Assembly (NCBI GenBank): GCA_021287065.1
Contig: JAJTBE010000082.1
Coordinates: 781 to 64,780, forward strand
DNA: 64,000 nt
DNA from: Bacillota bacterium
Lineage (GTDB): Bacteria; Vulcanimicrobiota; JAJTBE01
Direction of reading: 5' to 3'
Position numbers and translations under genes: made by a program. Below are positions 58,640-64,000 of this stretch, in pieces (the stretch's first letter is position 1; each line of letters starts with the position of its first letter). The notes under the pieces were generated by a model, which saw only the letters and a list, made by a program, of their open reading frames with translations, did not search any database and had not been told where the DNA came from.

Positions 58640-58851
58640 CCGCTTTTCCAGAAAAGCGTGGTTTTCTCTAAGGGTCTTTACCCCCCCGGTCTCCCAAACC
58701 CCGGTCGGTCCCCCAATTCAAAAGTTTTGGGAAGGAGGTCCGGAGGAAACTTTTTTCAAAAAGTTTTCTCTGGGAGCTGGGCAAACGGTTCTGATTCCCA
58801 TAAGTGAATCAGATAAATTCATGCCTTAATTCATGGGCATTAAAGTCGATC
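58640..58851 (+). repeat. MITE-like repeat copy 7 (5'-truncated)
   Basis: Starts at the cgcttttccagaaaagcgtgg hairpin immediately after the mtnA stop. ...aattcatgggcatt. Confidence 0.75.
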
Positions 58852-58872
58852 CCCTAACCTCAATACCACTGA

Positions 58873-59140
58873 ATTAATAAAACCACTCCAATCCGAATAC
58901 TCCTGTTTTTCAAGGAGGGAGGTTCGGAGGGTAACCTCGCTTTTCCAAAAAAGCGTGGTTCCCTCTGAGGGTCTCCACTCCCCGGTCTCCCAAATCCCCC
59001 GGTCGGTCCCCCAATTCAAAAGTTTTGGGAAGGAGGTCCGGAGGAAACTTTTTTCAAAAAGTTTTCTCCGGGAAGCTGGGCAAGCGGTAACAATTCCCGT
59101 TAGCGATAAGATAAATCCGTGCCTTGATTCAGTGGTGCAG
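58873..59140 (+). repeat. MITE-like repeat copy 8
   Basis: aataccactgaattaataaaacc...ttcaaggagggaggttcggagggtaacctcgc...ccttgattcagtggtgca. Confidence 0.8.
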
Positions 59141-59406
59141 GAATGCATCTATCAAGATCCTGTAAACTAAAATTTAGATGGCATTTTTCAGGTAGAAATC
59201 AAATCTGGCAAAATTAATGGTTTCAGTTCAGAGGTAAAATTCTATAAAAGGGAAACCATTAAAATGCTTTAAAGCCCGTGGTTATAAGGTTTCTCTTACC
59301 ACCGGGTTAAAACCCGGTGCTGGTTCCAGGGGCGTCCGGTTTAGCAGGAAACTACCAAATCCGATGTCATTATTAATTATCAATTACTCCAATACTAAGG
59401 AAACAA

Positions 59407-60477
59407 ATGAGAAAAGCATCATCCCCAAAAACCGAACACAAAACCGAAACAAAATCACTGACATTTCCGGAAATCCTCGCAGGCAAAAAGATTCCCGATA
59501 AAAACCTATATGTTATTTCCGGATCAGACCCCTTTGCCTTCAGTGAACTGGAGCGGATTTTCACGGCAAAATTCCTGTCGGACGACCCTTCACTTTTCAA
59601 CAGGGTAAGAATAGACTGCACCGCAAATACAAAAGCAGCGGTGATATCTGCAGCCTGTGAAGAATATCCATTCGGAAGCGCCCACAGGCTCATTATTGTT
59701 TCCTATGCCCACAAAATGAAAAGCGAGGAAGGGGAAAAACTCAGAAAATATCTCGATGATCCCGCACCTTCTTCAGTAATTGTAATCTTTGAGGATGAAG
59801 AGGAGCTGAAAAGCGCCGGTTCTTCCAAGTTTTACCCCTCAAGAGTGCTCAGAGCCGAGATAAAGAAACATGGCCTTTATATCCCCTGCACAATGGGATT
59901 CTATGAAATCAAAAACTGGATAAAATCCCGTTTTGATGAAGAAAGAAAAGACATCGAACAACATGCCGTAAACCTTCTTCAGGAAATGATCGGCAATAAT
60001 ATGTGGGACCTCAATCAGGAAATTGAAAAAATTATCCTCTATGTCGGCGACAGAAACAATGTACGCTCAAAAGATGTGGAAACCATCACCAGCGGAAGGC
60101 CTCAGTCCAAAATGTACAACCTGACGGAAAGAATCGGCATGGGCGATATTTCATCATCAATGAAAATTTATGATGAACTGATTCGGGAAAAAACTCCCCC
60201 CATTATGATTCTCGGCTCCCTGAACAGCCATTTTTCCCTTCTCTATAATATAAACAGGCTTCTCGCTCAGGGTGAAAACGGCGACAACATTGCAAAAAAA
60301 CTGAAAAAGCACCAGTTTTTCATTAAAAAATGTGTTCCTCAGGCACAAAGACTCACAGAACTATCATTTGAAACCATCTTCGATCTCCTTGCCAGAGCCG
60401 ACGGAGGCCTGAAAAGCGGCCTCGACGAAAGAAATGTAATGGAGCTCACCCTTATTCAGATATGCAGGCAAAGATAA
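59407..60477 (+). CDS. holA: DNA polymerase III subunit delta
   Basis: Delta N-terminal fold. C-terminal LLARADGGLKSGLDERNVMELTLIQI is typical of HolA. Confidence 0.65.
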   Translation: MRKASSPKTEHKTETKSLTFPEILAGKKIPDKNLYVISGSDPFAFSELERIFTAKFLSDDPSLFNRVRIDCTANTKAAVISAACEEYPFGSAHRLIIVSYAHKMKSEEGEKLRKYLDDPAPSSVIVIFEDEEELKSAGSSKFYPSRVLRAEIKKHGLYIPCTMGFYEIKNWIKSRFDEERKDIEQHAVNLLQEMIGNNMWDLNQEIEKIILYVGDRNNVRSKDVETITSGRPQSKMYNLTERIGMGDISSSMKIYDELIREKTPPIMILGSLNSHFSLLYNINRLLAQGENGDNIAKKLKKHQFFIKKCVPQAQRLTELSFETIFDLLARADGGLKSGLDERNVMELTLIQICRQR

Positions 60478-60520
60478 CCAGAAATACGGTTTTTTTCACA
60501 CAACCTTTATTCATCAAAAC

Positions 60521-60578
60521 AAAAGAGGCTGTCCCCGAAGCAGATTGAACTTCTGCTCCTGAGACAGCCTCTTTTTAT
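60521..60578. terminator. bidirectional rho-independent terminator between convergent genes
   Basis: agaggctgtc...gacagcctct 10-bp stem, flanked by A-run 5' and ttttt 3'. Confidence 0.6.
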
Positions 60579-60594
60579 ACTGAACTAAATTATC

Positions 60595-60996
60595 TTAGTG
60601 ACTTACTTTGTTTTTAACCCAGCTAATGGCGTCTGAAGCCATTTCGGTCATTTTCCATCCGCCGTATGCTCCGGCGATTCCGAAGATTGCTGCTCCGGCA
60701 ATACCGCCAGTAAGTCCGGCTGATGTAAGGGCTGCAAGGGTTACGCTCTTGGCAAGGAGGCCTGTCAGAAGGCTTCCTGTGCTGCCGATTGCTGCTCCGA
60801 GCATACCGCCGCCGATAGCGCCGCTGGCAAGTCCCACACCGCTTGTCAGTGTTGAAAACACTTTTTCGATGGGGCCGCTTTTGCCTATGCTTACGCTGTC
60901 TTTAGGTTCTGCTGCCTTTGTTTCTGCTGCCGCTCTGGGGGCGGGAGCGCTCTGAATGGACTGATAGCCAGTTCCTGCACTTCCGATTCTATCCAT
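60595..60996 (-). CDS. glycine-zipper-rich protein (133 aa), family with 23092/24406
   Basis: GAIGGGMLGAAIGSTGSLLTGLLAKSVTLAALTSAGLTGGIAGAAIFGIAGAYGGW. N-terminal Pro/Ala/Lys/Glu-rich segment. Confidence 0.5.
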   Translation of the reverse strand: MDRIGSAGTGYQSIQSAPAPRAAAETKAAEPKDSVSIGKSGPIEKVFSTLTSGVGLASGAIGGGMLGAAIGSTGSLLTGLLAKSVTLAALTSAGLTGGIAGAAIFGIAGAYGGWKMTEMASDAISWVKNKVSH

Positions 60997-60998
60997 CT

Positions 60999-61520
60999 TT
61001 ACTTACCTCCCACCTTATTTTCAATAGCGTGAATGGTGCCTGTTACCAGTCCCACTGCTCCGCCGATTAACATACCCGGCAGTTTGCCAACTAATTCTGC
61101 TGATTTACGGGCTACCTGAAATGCTCCGAGGCCTGTTGATACGCCGCCGATGGCGATACCGGCTTTTGCCAGAAGACCTGTTGTGGCAAATGATGTGCCG
61201 AGGAAGGAAAGAAGTCCTTTTGTGCTTACTGCTGCAACTACGGGACCGATACCCATTCCCAATGCTCCGAGGAATAATGCTCCGCCTGCCGCGCCTGCAT
61301 ATAATCCTGCTGTAAGCCCTGCAATACCCAACGCTCCACCTACGCTGGAGGATGTAATGTTACCGACTTTAACCGCCGATTCTCTTGCTTCGCTTAATAC
61401 TGTACTGACGAAACTATCCTTTGCCTCTGCCGGTGCTGCTTCCGCCTGGGGAGCGGGTTTCTCGGCAGCTTTCATGGGCGCCATCGGTATATTCGTATTA
61501 ACTCTGTTTATGGCATCCAC
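60999..61520 (-). CDS. glycine-zipper-rich protein (173 aa), paralog of 60595
   Basis: GGALGIAGLTAGLYAGAAGGALFLGALGMGIGPVVAAV... It lies 2 bp upstream of its paralog, so they are likely co-transcribed. Confidence 0.5.
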   Translation of the reverse strand: MDAINRVNTNIPMAPMKAAEKPAPQAEAAPAEAKDSFVSTVLSEARESAVKVGNITSSSVGGALGIAGLTAGLYAGAAGGALFLGALGMGIGPVVAAVSTKGLLSFLGTSFATTGLLAKAGIAIGGVSTGLGAFQVARKSAELVGKLPGMLIGGAVGLVTGTIHAIENKVGGK

Positions 61521-61671
61521 CTGCTACACCTCCAATAATTATCGGGTTTCCCCGTTACTTACAATTTATAATGGTCATAAATTATTACACTTATTATCAC
61601 ACAGATAAACACACCATGCAATATCTCTCATGTTAACAAACTATTAACAGATAGACGAAAATGCACATGAA

Positions 61672-62778
61672 TTAAGACTTCACCGTCGTATCCGCTGAGC
61701 TGGTCCCTGCCTTTATTATAAACTCACCGATAAAATCTCTCATATCATCAAGATATTTATCATCCAGAGTCCAGGTGATTTCAGGATTTTTCGGAGCAAG
61801 CACATTGAAATATGCATACTCACGCAAAAACATCTTCCGCTCAGCTTTCTTCAGGTTTTCCATAAATGGATCCTTGCTGAACTGACCACTCTTCAGAAAT
61901 GCACCGTAAGCCCAGATCATTCCGTGAAGGCATTCCATTTCCTCAAGAGGGGTAAGCCTGTATTCCTTTTCACCGGTCCTGTTTTCAAAATAACCAGGCT
62001 CATACTTCCACACCGCCTTGCAGAAAGCGTAGGGAAGCCATCTTGTTTTGTCGTTGTCATCAAAATAAACCCTGACCTTGCCGCTCGAAACCTTATCCAG
62101 TGAGTAAAGAGGCACAAAAGGCGACATATCAACGCTGAAATTATCAGCCCCGCCAAGAGCAATCAGGCCCTTCCAGGCTTCAGTGTCATTGTGGTTGTAT
62201 ATAAGAGCGTTCACAAAAGAAGCTCTGCTGTTCACTTTATCACCGAGCTTAAAACACGCAACTCCCTTAATAGTGTAAGCCTGCCAGCATCCGGAATTCA
62301 GCTTCAGAGCTTCATCTGCATATTCACATGCTTCTTTGTAACTTCCGGATTCAAGGCTGCAGCACGAAAGAAGCAGGAACAAGCGGAAATCCTTAATCCC
62401 CTTTTTAATCCCATCTTTCAGAAGAGCCACAGCTTCCTTACTCTTCCTGCTTTTGGAAAATCCGTCAGCCTTTTCATATAACGCAGCTGCCTCAGCAGAC
62501 GGCTTATAATCAACTATGGTTTTCTTCCCGTTTTCAATAGTTACGATATGATTGGGATTGGGATGCCCAAGCTCGTTCACATATTTTTCCGTTTCCAGCT
62601 TTTTATCGAAATATGTAACATGAGGTTCAAACCTGCCGGATTTTTCAACAATATTAATAATGTCCGCAATATGGGTAAAATTATAATCTTCCGCCATCAC
62701 AGGCAGAACCGCTCCCAAAAGCATTACAAAAAGCAACGCACCGGTAAAAACAGCCTTTTTCATAAACAACGCCATCAT
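61672..62778 (-). CDS. secreted TPR-like hypothetical protein
   Basis: Signal peptide MKKAVFTGALLFVMLLGAVLPVMA. Helical repeat segments. Confidence 0.5.
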   Translation of the reverse strand: MMALFMKKAVFTGALLFVMLLGAVLPVMAEDYNFTHIADIINIVEKSGRFEPHVTYFDKKLETEKYVNELGHPNPNHIVTIENGKKTIVDYKPSAEAAALYEKADGFSKSRKSKEAVALLKDGIKKGIKDFRLFLLLSCCSLESGSYKEACEYADEALKLNSGCWQAYTIKGVACFKLGDKVNSRASFVNALIYNHNDTEAWKGLIALGGADNFSVDMSPFVPLYSLDKVSSGKVRVYFDDNDKTRWLPYAFCKAVWKYEPGYFENRTGEKEYRLTPLEEMECLHGMIWAYGAFLKSGQFSKDPFMENLKKAERKMFLREYAYFNVLAPKNPEITWTLDDKYLDDMRDFIGEFIIKAGTSSADTTVKS

Positions 62779-62989
62779 TTCACAGTATTTGACACTAATG
62801 CCATTTAGTTTCTGTCGGTTTTTTTTATTCTTTCTGCCGGTCTTTTTGCCCTTTCCTGAAAAAAATCAATTTACCCGCCAATAAGAATATCTTTTTGATT
62901 AATCTTCTAAGACAAAACATCTTTTTACTTTATATGACAAAGCTCTGAGACCTGACACATAATAATTTCAAGTTTTTTTGTTTTTGATA

Positions 62990-63018
62990 TTGACATTCAT
63001 TATCAATTTTGATAATAT
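62990..63018 (+). promoter_or_regulatory. sigma70-type promoter (TTGACA-17-TAATAT)
   Basis: ttgaca at 62990-62995, a 17-nt spacer, then taatat at 63013-63018. AAAGGAGG RBS at 63030-63037. Confidence 0.5.
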
Positions 63019-63047
63019 ATCCATACTAAAGGAGGACGAAGTAATTA

Positions 63048-63320
63048 ATGAAAACCAGAAAGTTTGTTCTTACACTATCGGTAATCGCATTCATACTTGT
63101 TCTTGCAGCATCATTTGTTCAGGCATCGGTAAACACTGACAAATCAGCATGCTGTGGTGGAGACTGCGGAGGCGGATGCCCGTCGCCCTGTCCCTCAAAA
63201 GCTCCCGCCTGTGGCGGAGATTGCGGCGGAGGATGCCCCTCGCCCTGCCCCACAAAGGCTCCAGCCTGTGACGGCAACTGCGGCGGAGGATGCCCTTCAC
63301 CCTGCCCCACCGGCAACTAA
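63048..63320 (+). CDS. secreted cysteine-rich tandem-repeat peptide (3 x 19 aa: AC(G/C)GDCGGGCPSPCP(S/T)KAP)
   Basis: Signal peptide MKTRKFVLTLSVIAFILVLAASFVQA. 12 Cys in a 63-aa mature part encoded by three 57-bp DNA repeats. Strong RBS. Confidence 0.65.
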   Translation: MKTRKFVLTLSVIAFILVLAASFVQASVNTDKSACCGGDCGGGCPSPCPSKAPACGGDCGGGCPSPCPTKAPACDGNCGGGCPSPCPTGN

Positions 63321-63440
63321 TCACCTCGAAATCATTATCAATGGTAAGGGAAAAGTTTAATAAGCAAATTTCAGTTTAGGTCCAAACTGCACCTTTCGGT
63401 CAAAACTTGTTCGCAAACATATCCTAAAAACAGGCATAAT

Positions 63441-63484
63441 CCGGGAAGTATCACCGCACACCAGATACTCCCGGCTTTTTTTTG
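63441..63484 (+). terminator. rho-independent terminator
   Basis: ccgggaagtatc...gatactcccgg stem followed by ctttttttttg. Confidence 0.65.
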
Positions 63485-63627
63485 TTAATTCATACACAAT
63501 AAACAACTAATTGTGTTTAATGCTAAATTCTTAGATTATTTTCCAAAAATTTCAAATTTCAATCCAGAATAGAAGGAATACTTGTAGTTCCAATATAATT
63601 GTCAAAGAAAAGAAAGAGGAAAAGTGC

Positions 63628-64000
63628 ATGAGAATTAAAGAAATTCAAGTTGAAGGCTTGTTTGGGATGTTCGATCATAAAATTCAACTAAACACAGATA
63701 AGCAATTAACTATTCTTACAGGTCCTAATGGATTTGGAAAAACAACTATTCTTCGTATCATTGCAAAGATATTCACTCCAAACATTGGCAAATGGTATTC
63801 ATTATTGAATACTCACTTCAAAAGAATGAAGATAGCAATGGAAGATCAATCTTATATTTTAATTGAAAAACTAAATAGTGAAAATATACTAGTTGAAATC
63901 TATGATGAAGGCACAAAAGTAACAAATACAAAGAATATCGATCCAAGCATACTCAAGATAAAAGAAATAATGAAAACGATAGAAACGCAACTACCTTTCA
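63628..64000 (+). CDS. P-loop ATPase (AAA_21/SMC-head-like N-terminus as in OLD-family/Abi/defence ATPases), 5' partial, truncated by window end
   Basis: AGAGGA RBS. MRIKEIQVEGLFGMFDHKIQLNTDKQLTILTGPNGFGKTTILRII (Walker A). Strongly AT-biased codons compared with the rest of the window. Confidence 0.55.
   Translation, partial: MRIKEIQVEGLFGMFDHKIQLNTDKQLTILTGPNGFGKTTILRIIAKIFTPNIGKWYSLLNTHFKRMKIAMEDQSYILIEKLNSENILVEIYDEGTKVTNTKNIDPSILKIKEIMKTIETQLPF

Noticed and set aside
59270-59345. Possible tRNA-like structure (cccgtggtt...ccaccggg...ctggttccagggg)
   Set aside because: No 7-bp acceptor stem, canonical T-loop or anticodon arm could be built. This is treated only as an unexplained structured region.
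1-64000. CRISPR array, tRNA or rRNA genes
   Set aside because: The repeats present are long (~290 bp), irregularly spaced and internally palindromic, unlike CRISPR. I saw no GTTCRANTC T-loop contexts or rRNA-like conserved blocks.

Overview
This 64 kb window looks like a bacterial chromosome segment of roughly 45% GC, with the gene content of an anaerobe. About 55 protein genes are supportable. The only clear housekeeping genes are rimO, mtnA and holA. A five-gene purine-catabolic cluster encodes two xanthine-dehydrogenase/aldehyde-oxidoreductase-type molybdoenzymes plus a guanine deaminase fused to a catalytically dead deaminase domain. The rest is largely envelope, secreted and signalling proteins: a double-Cache chemoreceptor (MCP), a Hanks-type Ser/Thr kinase, a PP2C-like phosphatase, a pilin-like protein, GT-C/GT2 glycosyltransferases, large TPR proteins, a PQQ-repeat beta-propeller and an NHL-repeat protein. 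I found no rRNA, tRNA or CRISPR. The most striking structural signal is a roughly 290 bp MITE-like repeat with about 16 bp terminal inverted repeats and internal perfect hairpins, present in at least nine full or partial copies in both orientations. One copy is flanked by a 10 bp direct repeat, one sits inside a 93 bp tandem repeat, and copies flank an IS4-like transposase. Candidate novel systems are listed below. (i) A tandemly duplicated two-gene cassette of paralogous N-terminally anchored proteins with conserved ends and divergent middles, with a fifth paralog 25 kb away. (ii) An operon of an NTP-transferase, a membrane Ser/Thr kinase and a radical-SAM/SPASM enzyme next to the IS, with a divergent methyltransferase. 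(iii) Two pairs of glycine-zipper proteins with leader-like N-termini. (iv) A strongly promoted and terminated secreted 3x19-aa cysteine-rich repeat peptide at the edge of an AT-rich island that begins with a defence-type P-loop ATPase cut off by the window end. All functional calls rest on motifs read by eye; I ran no database search.
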